Below, in pieces: positions 31,301 through 40,752 of a DNA stretch of 64,000 bases. Location of the stretch: positions 5,664,001-5,728,000 of the forward strand of contig OZ223209.1 of NCBI GenBank assembly GCA_965140415.1, in the 5' to 3' direction. Position numbers and translations under genes: made by a program. The DNA comes from Myxococcota bacterium. Its GTDB lineage: Bacteria > Myxococcota_A > SURF-8. Each line of letters starts with the position of its first letter. The first letter of the stretch is position 1. The notes under the pieces are model-generated. The model saw only the letters and a list, made by a program, of their open reading frames with translations, was not told where the DNA came from and ran no database searches.

Positions 31301-34224
31301 AGATCGCCCGCCACCGTGGCGGTAAAGACCGCTTCCGGCGGATCGTTGCGAATATTGATATAGGATTCGGCGGAGTCGTTATGGCGTCCGTTATTGCCGT
31401 GAGCCACCGCCACCAGCGTGTAGACGTGGTCCGTGGGTGCATCCACTGGAACCGTGAATGGGAATTCATAAGGTAGATCGGGGTCCGTGCCGAACAGTTC
31501 GTCGTCGAGCATCAAATCGACACTGGTGATGCTGCCGCCCTGCATGGTGGCGTTCACCAGAATCGTAACGCTTTCGCTCTGCGTCATTTCCCGCGTTTCA
31601 CCGGGCTGGGGACGAATAAAGGCCACCTCGATGGACGGGTCCGGCAGATCGGAAGGATCGTAGCAGGCGCCATCGTCACAGAGATAGTCACCCGAGCAGT
31701 ACTGATCCGGATTCCAGGCGCTGCCCGATTCGTTGCACTCGCGATAGCTGGTGGCCGTCAGGCATTGACCTTCGCCCGGTGTACAGACTTGATCGTAGCA
31801 GTCGCCGCCATTGCAATAACGATCCGTGCCGCAGGAGTAGCTCGTCCCGTAGGCGGAACCGTTGGAAGTGCAGGTGTGATAGTGGAAGTTGCCGTCGCAG
31901 GTGGTTTCGTTGGGCGTACAGATCTGTTCGTAGCACACACCCGTTTCGCAGTAATAGCCATCGCCGCAGCCGACCGGATCGCTCCAGCCCGAACCGTTTT
32001 CGTTACAGGTGATAACCGCATTACCCGAACATTGCACCGCGTTGGGTGTACAGTCCTGCTGATGGCAGACGCCGCCTTCGCAATATTGATCCTGACCGCA
32101 GGGAACCTGCTGGCTGTAGCCGGAACCGGTTGCATTGCACAGCACGACATCGTTTCCATCGCAACCGGATTGATTCGGGGTGCAAACCTGATCGTAACAG
32201 GCGCCGCCGTCGCAATACTGATCCTGTCCGCAAGCTACCGGATCGCCGTAACCGGAACCGTTTTCGTTACAAACGATTACGCTGTCATCGGAGCATTCCG
32301 CCTCGTTTGGCGTACAGATCTGCTGGCGGCAAACTCCGCCATCGCAATATTGATCGTTGCCGCAGGGAGACGCTACACTGTAGCCGGTGCCGGTATCGTT
32401 GCAGGTAATGGTGGCGTTGCCTTCGCATTCGGAGACGCCCGGCGTACAGATCTGGTCCACGCAACCGCCATCGATGCAAACCTGCTCAATGCCACAGGAA
32501 ATCGGATCGCCGTAACCGCTACCCTGGTCGTTACAGACGAGGTAGGCGTCTTCGCCATCGCATTCGCTTTCAAGCGGCGGGCAGATCTGATTGTAACAGT
32601 ATCCGGCATCGCAGTATTGTTCCGCACCGCAATTTTGAGGTTCGCCCCAGGCGGAGCCGTTATTGTTACAAACGATGACGGCATCGCTTTCATTGCATTC
32701 ACGCTCATTGGGCGTACAGACCTGATCGTAACAGGTGCCGCTTTCGCAGTATTGCTGCTGTCCGCAAGCCACCGGGGTGCCGTAGCCAAGTCCCGTATTC
32801 AGACAAGTCAGAACGTCATTGCCGCTGCACACCGACTCGCCCGGATCGCAAACGCTGTCCAAACAAACGCCGTTACTGCAAATCTGTTCCTGTCCGCAAG
32901 CTACCGGGTCGCCGTAGCCGCTGCCCAAATCGTTACAGGTAATGACATCGTCGTTGTCATCGCACTCGGCAACGCCCGGCTCACAAACCTGGGCTTGACA
33001 AGTGCCGCCCTCGCAGTATTCGTTGTTACCGCACAAAACCGGATCGCCGTAGCCGGAACCGTTGCTCAAACAATGACGGCGAGCGTCGTTGCCGTCGCAG
33101 ACCCAGCTATCGGGAACACAAACCTGGTTCAGACAAGTACCATTGTCGCAATACTGATCGTTGTTGCAGTCTACCGGGTCGACGTAGCCGCTACCCAGCG
33201 CATTGCAGGTGACAACCTGGCCTGAGTCATTGCAGCTCGCCTGATCGGGGGTACAGATCTGATCGAAGCAAACGCCGAACTGGCAGTAACGGTCGTCTCC
33301 GCATGAAACAGGATCTCCAAAGCCGGAACCGTCGCTCAAACAGGATTGATAGGAGAAGTCGTCGGCGCAGATTGCACTGTTGGAATCGCAAACGCGCGCA
33401 TGGCAGGTGCCATCGGAACAGTATTGCTGATTGTTGCAGGTTTCCGGCGCAAGGTAGCCGGTGCCATAACTGTTACAAATGAAAATGGATAATCCGTAGC
33501 AGGTTCGGCTATTTGGAACACAAACCGGATAGGTCTGGTCCCCATCGACCACATCATCGTCACCATCGGGCATGTCGCCGTCGGGCATGTCACCGTCGGG
33601 AGTATCGCCATCGGGAGTATCGCCATCGGGAGTATCGCCATCGGGAGTGTCACCGTCGGGAGTATCGCCATCGGGAGTATCGCCATCGGGCGTATCGCCA
33701 TCGGGCATATCGCCATCGGGCGTGTCACCGTCGGGTGTATCACCGTCGGGAGTATCGCCATCGGGAGTATCGCCATCGGGCGTGTCACCATCGGGCGTGT
33801 CACCGTCGGGCGTGTCGCCGTCGGGTGTATCACCGTCGGGTGTATCACCGTCGGGAGTATCTCCATCGGGCATATCTCCATCGGGCATATCTCCATCGGG
33901 CATATCGCCATCGGGCGTGTCGCCGTCGGGCGTATCACCGTCGGGAGTATCGCCGTCGGGAGTATCTCCATCAGGTGTGTCACCATCGGGAGTGTCGCCG
34001 TCGGGCGTGTCGCCATCGGGAATATCGCCATCGGGCGTGTCGCCATCGGGTTGATAGTCTCCATCGGGTAGTGGATTCTCGTTCCCATCCTCTTCCATGT
34101 CGCCATCCATGGCTTCGCTTTCCTGATCTCCATCCGTGGTATCCACGCTGTCATCATCACCACCGCAGGCAGCCAGGCTAAAGACAAGCATCAAGCTCCA
34201 AAGCAGAAATATCGCCCGTTTCAT
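28309..34224 (-). CDS. Giant surface lipoprotein (~1970 aa): PDGD repeat, Cys-rich repeats, Ig/PKD-like domains, parallel beta-helix repeats
   Basis: SLAAC lipobox; (PDGDT/M)n; more than 10 repeats of C-x-P...C..N..GSGYG.P..C...YC..G.C; VRWDWENDG PKD-like motif; right-handed beta-helix-like repeats (NN..G...); start MKRAIF with GGAG SD. Confidence 0.88.
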   Translation of the reverse strand: MKRAIFLLWSLMLVFSLAACGGDDDSVDTTDGDQESEAMDGDMEEDGNENPLPDGDYQPDGDTPDGDIPDGDTPDGDTPDGDTPDGDTPDGDTPDGDTPDGDTPDGDMPDGDMPDGDMPDGDTPDGDTPDGDTPDGDTPDGDTPDGDTPDGDTPDGDTPDGDTPDGDTPDGDMPDGDTPDGDTPDGDTPDGDTPDGDTPDGDTPDGDTPDGDMPDGDMPDGDDDVVDGDQTYPVCVPNSRTCYGLSIFICNSYGTGYLAPETCNNQQYCSDGTCHARVCDSNSAICADDFSYQSCLSDGSGFGDPVSCGDDRYCQFGVCFDQICTPDQASCNDSGQVVTCNALGSGYVDPVDCNNDQYCDNGTCLNQVCVPDSWVCDGNDARRHCLSNGSGYGDPVLCGNNEYCEGGTCQAQVCEPGVAECDDNDDVITCNDLGSGYGDPVACGQEQICSNGVCLDSVCDPGESVCSGNDVLTCLNTGLGYGTPVACGQQQYCESGTCYDQVCTPNERECNESDAVIVCNNNGSAWGEPQNCGAEQYCDAGYCYNQICPPLESECDGEDAYLVCNDQGSGYGDPISCGIEQVCIDGGCVDQICTPGVSECEGNATITCNDTGTGYSVASPCGNDQYCDGGVCRQQICTPNEAECSDDSVIVCNENGSGYGDPVACGQDQYCDGGACYDQVCTPNQSGCDGNDVVLCNATGSGYSQQVPCGQDQYCEGGVCHQQDCTPNAVQCSGNAVITCNENGSGWSDPVGCGDGYYCETGVCYEQICTPNETTCDGNFHYHTCTSNGSAYGTSYSCGTDRYCNGGDCYDQVCTPGEGQCLTATSYRECNESGSAWNPDQYCSGDYLCDDGACYDPSDLPDPSIEVAFIRPQPGETREMTQSESVTILVNATMQGGSITSVDLMLDDELFGTDPDLPYEFPFTVPVDAPTDHVYTLVAVAHGNNGRHNDSAESYINIRNDPPEAVFTATVAGDLVLAVDGSGSNDRETAMEDLEVRWDWENDGVFDTDWSTEKVATYDGYTEYGSYTIGMEVRDAVDQVDFTTREVSFSDLMYIGGTIDADTTWYGTVIITGTVTISNNATVIVAEGTQVLFVYQDTQPANGVGDYSIVVNSGSSFVVNGTESNPVLISSYGSDHRHSKAWGSIVLNGGSSSVSHAIIEYGNGCLDIRDATPLTAVEVRYCGTYGVKLSTSNANGNLFQDVSIHDDDELGLYITSSAAAYDISGLALYNNGTHGATISSSGAGTIDDCDVYDNAHHGFSITAAQPALTNCVIQNNGQTGASYSTSQGGSMEHCLVTNNSAEGIRVETTSSSPRIQWNNIYGNSVTGGWTVGSENTSSVLTWSGDACTGGCNTYKMSSVWSPPGGGLVKRMKVSFWDQDCPETYDWCTTNYISGGIAGNGSSSQILWSRTSDITNTWVDLSSSSPESVAVYVYDTGWGSDNNGITASEVVYTIPDQSGIEMSVNTLSTTVDARFNYWGVFPNVLDAVGMNSHSAVNLQGFVGVPFDEEWDNGPYVGGVTISEDDTLSGDVYITGDITIASGTTITMDPGTQVHFVKHDQDGSGVGDFSVTVSGVLDVMGTEGNPVIIDGYGQSPEEDSFEEIRLYGQGSSWDYVEIAHGLRNLVVQSEAASLSHLTVSEAGTKGVQFISTASGASLSYSTVENCGTNGIEISGGTVELSYVTSNHNAVHGLSISGSSANVTATDSTFRYNDESGFKVLGASTSLTMSYCHLGDNGRFGAELAGSVSGSLTYSNISFNQLPGFSIWKNSSGMPSVAINQNNIFSNSVTQSYEVGGADTSATLTWTGDACTGGCNVYRMSDLYTAPDGGNIQYVKVSFHDEDCPEQYSWCTTNYITGGVAGNGSSSQILWSRTTDVTNYWVDISSTAPESIAVYVYDTGWGSDNNSITGSTTIFGGYYTNDIGLTAMTTGSESLNAQANYWGSLDVAPKISEYPSGLVDYSSFTGAAYTVGPR
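33559..34050 (-). repeat. 15-bp coding tandem repeat, about 33 copies of PDGD[T/M/I]
   Basis: Plus-strand units such as AGTATCGCCATCGGG repeated with 15-nt period, with synonymous variation. Confidence 0.97.
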
Positions 34225-34479
34225 GTACACTTCTCCGTATTTTTTTCCGATTATCAACAACATTGGGTTAGCTACAATAGTTGGAGGGTAGTGTACGTAA
34301 GCTGGGCTGGTTCGTCAAACGATATTTACATAGCTTATTCGTGTCTTAATAAAAGCCCTTGTTCTATGAAGGCAGCTCGTGGTAGAAAAGAAACAATATA
34401 CGTCCTTGGGATTGCTAAGTTTTAGAGAGGTTATCTACTTGGAATTTCAAGAAATTCCGAGTGAGTAACAGGCGAAGGA

Positions 34480-36111
34480 GTGGGTATGGACGATTTAATT
34501 GCAATCAACGATCAGGCACGCGCGCAACGAGTGAAAAAGTGGCTGGTTGCCGGGTTGATGCTGTATTTCATGCTGCTGATCGGTTATGCCATCAGTATTC
34601 CTCAGCGCACCGTGCCGTTTTTTACACGCATCGTAGGATTCAATGAATATGTTGCCGGCGGCAACCTGACCATGCGCTTTTTTGTCATCGGCACAAAAGA
34701 ACAAGCGCCCTTAGCGGATTTCCATATCAAAATGGAATTGATGCGCCCCGTCACGGGAGCAAGCTTCAACGTGTTTGAAGGCAGCGCAGCCCGGCAAGGC
34801 TATGTGGAAGCTTCGGTGCCTTTGCCCGCCATGCAGCCGGGGGACTACATCGCGCGCGTCACTGCCACTCACGAAAAATACGGTCAGGAAGTCAGCGAGT
34901 TTCGTCTGGCGATTCTTCCCCGTGCTCCGGCGCGAAGTCTCGATGTGCAGGTCTTGGACGAGGTCTATACGAAACTGGCTCCGCCGGTGAAAGTGGATCA
35001 GTTAACCCCGCCGGTGGAACTGCGTTTGATTGCGAATAATGGACGTTTCACTCCGAATTTGAACAACACCCTGATGCTCATTGCAGAACGTAGCGACAAT
35101 CGTCTGCCGGTGGAAGGCTTGAATGTCGAAGTGGTGGCCGGTAAACGTAGCATCGCCAAATTGAAAACCGACGAAATGGGCTTGGCGAGTTTCCCCTTTT
35201 ACCCACACAGCATGGGAGATCAGCACATCACGTTGAAAATGACCGACCCCAAGGGTAACGTCATTGAAAAACGCACGGAGATGCGCCCGATCGGCTCCCA
35301 GGTTGTAGCCACACCGAACAAACAATTGCTTCCGGTTGGCGAGCCGATCACGTTCAAACTGGAAACGCTGCGCGGCGGAGGCTGGCATGTTGATTTGTTC
35401 GATCACGGCAACCTGCTGCTTTCAACCGTTCAGCAGATGAAAGGTGCGGCGGTGCAGATGTCGCTGCCGGTGCCGGAGAATGCCACCGGCATGTTGTACG
35501 TACAGGTTGCGGCGGATTTCAACAATCCCACCACCAGCTACGATTCGTTTTACGTATATGTCTACGATCCGAAGTTGGCGCAACTGGACGAAGACGACCC
35601 GCGCCTGAAGAACGCCCAACTGGACGATCCCAAGCTCGACGACATCCTGCTTGAAAAACCCTTCAAGAAATTCTGGGCTTACGTCAATGGCAGCCACGTG
35701 TTCAAGCGCGAAATCACTGAACGCTGGCTGGAAAAGATCAACAATCTTTCGTTGGCGAAACTGCCGTACAAACCGCGTGAACTGGCGAGACAAGTGCTTG
35801 CCGAAGTCCCCAAAGATTACTACCTGCTACCGGAGTTGCTGAACACGCGCGACGTCCGAATTCGAGATTTCGACAAAAAACAGCGCAATGACCGCGACAA
35901 TGTGATATGGCTGCTGGCCCTGTCCGGGGTGGTGGTGATTTTGCTTTTGGGCATGAAAATCTTTCGGGAAATTCGCCTTAGAGACGAGGAAGGCCTGGAA
36001 TACGGACATGGTAACATCGTAACATTGCTGCTTTTATTGGCAGTAGTCGTCGCCGGATACGGAATGATTATTTACCTGCTCACCATCCTGGATTGGTGGA
36101 AGGGAATGTAG
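34480..36111 (+). CDS. Hypothetical membrane protein with large extracytoplasmic beta-sandwich region
   Basis: N-terminal TM, two C-terminal TMs, beta-rich middle (KTDEMGLASF, macroglobulin/Ig-like pattern). Confidence 0.7.
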   Translation: MGMDDLIAINDQARAQRVKKWLVAGLMLYFMLLIGYAISIPQRTVPFFTRIVGFNEYVAGGNLTMRFFVIGTKEQAPLADFHIKMELMRPVTGASFNVFEGSAARQGYVEASVPLPAMQPGDYIARVTATHEKYGQEVSEFRLAILPRAPARSLDVQVLDEVYTKLAPPVKVDQLTPPVELRLIANNGRFTPNLNNTLMLIAERSDNRLPVEGLNVEVVAGKRSIAKLKTDEMGLASFPFYPHSMGDQHITLKMTDPKGNVIEKRTEMRPIGSQVVATPNKQLLPVGEPITFKLETLRGGGWHVDLFDHGNLLLSTVQQMKGAAVQMSLPVPENATGMLYVQVAADFNNPTTSYDSFYVYVYDPKLAQLDEDDPRLKNAQLDDPKLDDILLEKPFKKFWAYVNGSHVFKREITERWLEKINNLSLAKLPYKPRELARQVLAEVPKDYYLLPELLNTRDVRIRDFDKKQRNDRDNVIWLLALSGVVVILLLGMKIFREIRLRDEEGLEYGHGNIVTLLLLLAVVVAGYGMIIYLLTILDWWKGM

Positions 36112-36117
36112 CACAAC

Positions 36118-37200
36118 ATGAAATTCGTAGATGAAGTCAGTATATACGTTGAAGCGGGCAATGGCGGCAATGGCTGTTGTTCGTTCCGACACGAAAAATA
36201 CGTCCCGCGTGGCGGGCCGGACGGCGGTGATGGCGGTCGTGGTGGCGATGTCTATCTGGTCGCTGATACGGGTGCATCCACCTTGTTGGATCTGCGCTAT
36301 AACCAGCACCAGCGAGGCAAGCGCGGCTCGCATGGCAAAGGCAAGCAGATGACCGGTGCTGCGGGCCAGGATCGGCTGGTGCGCGTACCGGAAGGTACAA
36401 TTGCCTACGACGTGGAAACAGGCGAACTTATTGGCGAAGTATTGAAGCAGGGACAACGTCTGCTTTTAGCGCATGGCGGACGTGGCGGGCGCGGCAACAT
36501 GCGTTTTCTCAGTTCCAAAAATCAAGCGCCACGCAGGGCCGATCCTGGTGAACCGGGAGAAGTGCGCCAGGTTCGTCTGGAGTTGAAATTATTGGCGGAT
36601 GTCGGCCTGGTAGGCTTTCCCAATGTGGGCAAAAGTACACTGATTTCCGCCTGTAGCAAAGCTCGTCCTAAAATTGCGGATTATCCGTTTACGACCATCA
36701 TTCCCAATCTGGGCGTGGTGCAGGCTGACAGCGGCAACAGCTTTGTAATGGCCGATATTCCGGGCTTGATCGAAGGTGCTGCCGACGGCGCGGGAATGGG
36801 CATTCGTTTTCTGCGGCACGTCGAACGTTGCAGTGTGCTGTTGCATGTACTGGAATTCAACGAGGAACGCGGTGGCGAACCGCTGGCGGACTATGAAGCA
36901 CTATGTAGTGAGTTGAAACAGTACGCACCGGAGATGCTGGACAAACCCCAGATCGTCTGCTTGAACAAAACAGATCTGAGTCCCGATTCCGAGGCGGTGG
37001 AAGATTTGCGGAGTGCATTCAATAAACTCGACATTCCGTTTTTCACCATTTCGGCAGCCACTCGCAAGGGTTTGAAAAAGCTGTTGAATCAGTTGGATCA
37101 ATTGATCAAACGCCCCGAACCGGAGCTTACGCCGTTTGAGGAATTCGCACCGACTCCCTGTTCCGAAGTCACCTGGTCCTCAGAAGAGGAAGACGAATAG
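36118..37200 (+). CDS. obgE: GTPase Obg/CgtA
   Basis: MKFVDEV...GGPDGGDGGRGG, LELKLLADVGLVGFPNVGKSTL, YPFTT, DIPGLIEGA, NKTD. Confidence 0.98.
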   Translation: MKFVDEVSIYVEAGNGGNGCCSFRHEKYVPRGGPDGGDGGRGGDVYLVADTGASTLLDLRYNQHQRGKRGSHGKGKQMTGAAGQDRLVRVPEGTIAYDVETGELIGEVLKQGQRLLLAHGGRGGRGNMRFLSSKNQAPRRADPGEPGEVRQVRLELKLLADVGLVGFPNVGKSTLISACSKARPKIADYPFTTIIPNLGVVQADSGNSFVMADIPGLIEGAADGAGMGIRFLRHVERCSVLLHVLEFNEERGGEPLADYEALCSELKQYAPEMLDKPQIVCLNKTDLSPDSEAVEDLRSAFNKLDIPFFTISAATRKGLKKLLNQLDQLIKRPEPELTPFEEFAPTPCSEVTWSSEEEDE

Positions 37201-37290
37201 AGTTGTAAGTCATTTCATAGCACTGCCACTTGATTTCCTTCGGTCTTCACGCTATAAAGACATACATTGTCACAATATGTGAGGTATGTC

Positions 37291-38370
37291 ATGTCGACCA
37301 CGATCCGTTGGATGCCGGCTGCTGTCGTATGCTTCGCTGTGCTGCTTTTTGCTGCTTCAGCTTGTAACGAAGATACCGACGACTCCGAACCCCATTATGG
37401 CGATAATCCGTATTCGATCCCGGATGGGGATGAGGATAGCGACTCTTCGTCGGGACAATCTCAAATCATCGATTGCCCAAGCCTACAAGATCTGGCGGGT
37501 GGCTATAGCTGGATCACGAGCATCGATGTGGGTGACGATCCTTCCTTGTGCCAGTATATGGATTGCGACATCGATACGGTGTATTGGAACGGGGGATTAT
37601 ACATCGATGAAAATGGTTTGCTTCGCATGGGTCTGCGCTATGTCAACACCTATGCGAGTTCCCGCATGCAGATCCACATTACCGGCAAGGCTCAGATGAC
37701 TTCATGTAACACCATGGTGTTAAGCGAGGTATTCGATTACGCCGATGATTGCCAGATGCAATCGTTTCATCGCGGCACCGGCTGGCGCGATCCGGTTGAA
37801 GTCGATACGGACAATCCGCAGCTTACATTCCATCTGAAATTGTTCGCTTCCGGGGCATTACTGATGAATCACTCGCTGGAATGGTACGGCGGCCAGTTTC
37901 CCTGGGAACCGGACTACGAGATCACAGCCAACAATGCCGACTTTGAATATGACGAAGATTTCAAAGGGCCGCTATGCGATCCCCTGACTCAGACTTCCTG
38001 TGAGTGCGCCTGCCAGCCAAACAGCACCGCCTGCCAGGATTCCAGTCACGTAATCGTTTGTGATGAATCCGGAAATCCGAATACCTACGATTGTGACACG
38101 GCTTGTTCCAACGATGGCTACGGTACTTCGCAGGGATGCAGCGAGCGTAACGGCGAGGAATTATGCTGGTGTGATTACGAACCCTGCTATGAAGAACCGG
38201 GAACACGGGAATGCGTCAACGACATGCGCGTCCGCATCTGTTCGGCGGAAGGCACCTGGTTTCCCAAGGACTGCAACGACGATTGCGCCGATTACGGTTT
38301 CGGGCCGGCGATTGATTGTCGTTGGATCGAAGAGTCCAGCATGTACGATTGCTGGTGCGAGTCGAATTAG
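37291..38370 (+). CDS. Lipoprotein with PDGD motif and Cys-rich C-terminal repeats
   Basis: AASAC lipobox, IPDGDED; two C-terminal DC...C...G(Y/F)G....C.......CWC repeats. Confidence 0.75.
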   Translation: MSTTIRWMPAAVVCFAVLLFAASACNEDTDDSEPHYGDNPYSIPDGDEDSDSSSGQSQIIDCPSLQDLAGGYSWITSIDVGDDPSLCQYMDCDIDTVYWNGGLYIDENGLLRMGLRYVNTYASSRMQIHITGKAQMTSCNTMVLSEVFDYADDCQMQSFHRGTGWRDPVEVDTDNPQLTFHLKLFASGALLMNHSLEWYGGQFPWEPDYEITANNADFEYDEDFKGPLCDPLTQTSCECACQPNSTACQDSSHVIVCDESGNPNTYDCDTACSNDGYGTSQGCSERNGEELCWCDYEPCYEEPGTRECVNDMRVRICSAEGTWFPKDCNDDCADYGFGPAIDCRWIEESSMYDCWCESN

Positions 38371-38498
38371 GGTATTACATCACAGCAAAGGGTGCTTCAA
38401 GTTCAAGGATTCCGGGCCATCGATTCGTACCGAATCGAAGACCCGGGCACCCATCCAATAGTGTAAATCACCTAATAGTGACTAGGAGTTTGTCTATC

Positions 38499-40646
38499 TC
38501 ACTCACAGCTTCCGGCGTCCTTCCAGGCTAAGAACTGACCTTCACCGGCATCGATCAAACCATAATAGCGAGCCATCCAGAACGATTCGGTGAAATCGCG
38601 ACCCGGTGATTGCTTGCGCCCGATGCCGCCATGGAAATCTCCAATATCAAACGGACTGCGCTGCCACATAAAATCCGAATAGCCGCGCAGACTGCCGGGC
38701 AATCCCCAACTGGCCAGGCCGTTGGTGCATTTGCCATCCTCCATTACGCATTCACCGGCACGCCCGTCGCACTCGTGCGTAATGACTTTGCTTTCCAACG
38801 GAATACCGAAAAGTTCACCGCCATCTTCACAGATGTTGCGTTCCTCTTCGGTCGGGCAACGCACGGAGATGCCTTCCGGGAACGCATCGATGATGTCCTG
38901 GCGTCCGGGTGAATAGGTGCGACGAGGAGCATCCTGTACGCCGTCGTTTCCACCGAAATCCGCTAATTGCGCCAGAACGGAATCCACGGCGGCCTGTCGG
39001 TTTTCATCCGAATCGGGGAAAACGGAGGCGTACATGGTGTTGAATTTGGCGCTTTCGTGATTGAACAGGGCTTTGTCCCATAGTTCACCCTTCATGACCT
39101 TGAGCATCTCTTCTTTGAGAGTGCCTTCCGGCAACATGGTGATCATCTGCCAGTGGGTTCCATAGGTGATGTGGTCGCCGTAAAAACGGAAACACCAGTC
39201 CGGCAGACGGAAAGCAATCATCGTGTGCGCCACATCGATGGTGCGTAGGTTTTCGATCAGTTCGTTGTTCAGGAAATCCAGGTACTGCTGCTCGCCGGTG
39301 AAATAGTAGTTCATCAAGGCCAGGTGCATCATGTGGCTGGCGTCGCCACCGCGCACGTTGGCAATGTAGAAATGATCGATCATTTTTTCGCGGGCGGGCT
39401 TGTCGCTTTCGTCATCCAGTTCGGATGCCAGATTCAGCATTTCCACCATGAAATTCGATGCGTTGGCATCGATCACGCGCGAAGGCTCGATTTCCAGCGT
39501 ATCCGGGCAGGTGCGGTCGAAGGTTTCGGCGCTGGCCTGGTTGAACATCTGGTTATAGTACACGACCAGCCGGTCCAACTTGTTAAAGTCCATGTCATCC
39601 GGGTCCAGGTTCATGTTGGCGCCGGCAAAGTAGCTGGTCACCGCTTCCAGTACATCCGGATTGTCCTGCAAGTTGATGATTTCCAAACGCTTCAGGCGTT
39701 TCATGTAGCAAGTCATGTGGTGGACGATCTTCTCCTTGAGAGCGCTGTCCTCCTCTTTAAGCAGGTTGTAAATCAGCGGGAAGGCGGTCATAGGACCGGA
39801 ATACTGATCGATGGATGGATGCCCGTTCCAATAAGGCGTTCCCTTTACCACGCCGCCGTTGCCGTCCGGTACGCCATCGAAATACATCGACGGTAAGCCC
39901 TCGATATCCTCCGGGTTCTCGATGGGATTGTCGCGGTTACTGCGGTTGTCCAGACCGTATTCGATGATGATCTGATCGTTTTGCGGACTGCCTTCGTCGA
40001 GCACCAGAAAATCGTGGCGCGCCAGGTAACCGGGAATGCCGGTCACGTCGAAGTTTCGGAGCATGGCTTTCAGCCGGTTCACCATATGGTCGTAGTCGGC
40101 GGCGGTTCCGGTATTCATGTAGCGGAAAATATCCGACACCAAAGCCGCGCCGGTCCAGATGGAGGCATCGCCGGTTCCGGCCCAACCCGCGAATTTCTCC
40201 GGGTCGCCCCATTCCGCCTCCGGCATGGAACCCGGAATATCCGTGTTGAAGGTGCGCTCGGCGGTCAGCCCATTAGGCGAAGTGTACAGATCGTGCCAGC
40301 GGTCGTAAAGGTATACCCGATTGAGGATTTCATTGGGTGAATCCACAAACGCCTGGGCTTCGCCGTCGTAAATGGCGCAGACTTTCTTTTTGCCGCCTTC
40401 GCAGACTTCCTGCTGATAGATCGCGCAGCTTTCGATGTCCGTCTCGGCTGTCGGGTCCGAAGGCGAAGCACTGAAGGTGGGATGTGGTTCGAACGCTGTG
40501 TTTTCGTCTTCGATGTCCAGATCACCATCGCCTTCAATACCGTCGGTGCCGTCGCTGTCACCAGGAGCGGTGTCATTTGAATCCGAACAGGCATAGCAAA
40601 GAGAAAAAGCCAGTAGGATGACGAGGATTGGGCGCAGGGATTTCAT
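38499..40646 (-). CDS. Large acidic lipoprotein with DG/DGD linker, unknown function
   Basis: LCYAC lipobox, GDSDGTDGIEGDGD; helical body with GDASIWTG, GIPGYLAR, SIDQYSG; AAGGAG SD. Confidence 0.75.
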   Translation of the reverse strand: MKSLRPILVILLAFSLCYACSDSNDTAPGDSDGTDGIEGDGDLDIEDENTAFEPHPTFSASPSDPTAETDIESCAIYQQEVCEGGKKKVCAIYDGEAQAFVDSPNEILNRVYLYDRWHDLYTSPNGLTAERTFNTDIPGSMPEAEWGDPEKFAGWAGTGDASIWTGAALVSDIFRYMNTGTAADYDHMVNRLKAMLRNFDVTGIPGYLARHDFLVLDEGSPQNDQIIIEYGLDNRSNRDNPIENPEDIEGLPSMYFDGVPDGNGGVVKGTPYWNGHPSIDQYSGPMTAFPLIYNLLKEEDSALKEKIVHHMTCYMKRLKRLEIINLQDNPDVLEAVTSYFAGANMNLDPDDMDFNKLDRLVVYYNQMFNQASAETFDRTCPDTLEIEPSRVIDANASNFMVEMLNLASELDDESDKPAREKMIDHFYIANVRGGDASHMMHLALMNYYFTGEQQYLDFLNNELIENLRTIDVAHTMIAFRLPDWCFRFYGDHITYGTHWQMITMLPEGTLKEEMLKVMKGELWDKALFNHESAKFNTMYASVFPDSDENRQAAVDSVLAQLADFGGNDGVQDAPRRTYSPGRQDIIDAFPEGISVRCPTEEERNICEDGGELFGIPLESKVITHECDGRAGECVMEDGKCTNGLASWGLPGSLRGYSDFMWQRSPFDIGDFHGGIGRKQSPGRDFTESFWMARYYGLIDAGEGQFLAWKDAGSCE

Positions 40647-40752
40647 GATACTTCTCCTTGGATTCTAAAACAGTTGGCGTTACAGCCAAGATATGACAGG
40701 TATTATTCCGATGTCGGGTTGGAACTAGTCCGAGCGACTAGAAGCCGTGAGT

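Noticed and set aside
33336-34187. Alternative-frame repeat ORFs (HRREY, SPSGV, PMAI) and a possible CRISPR array
   Set aside because: By-products of the 15-bp PDGD coding repeat; no unique spacers and no cas genes
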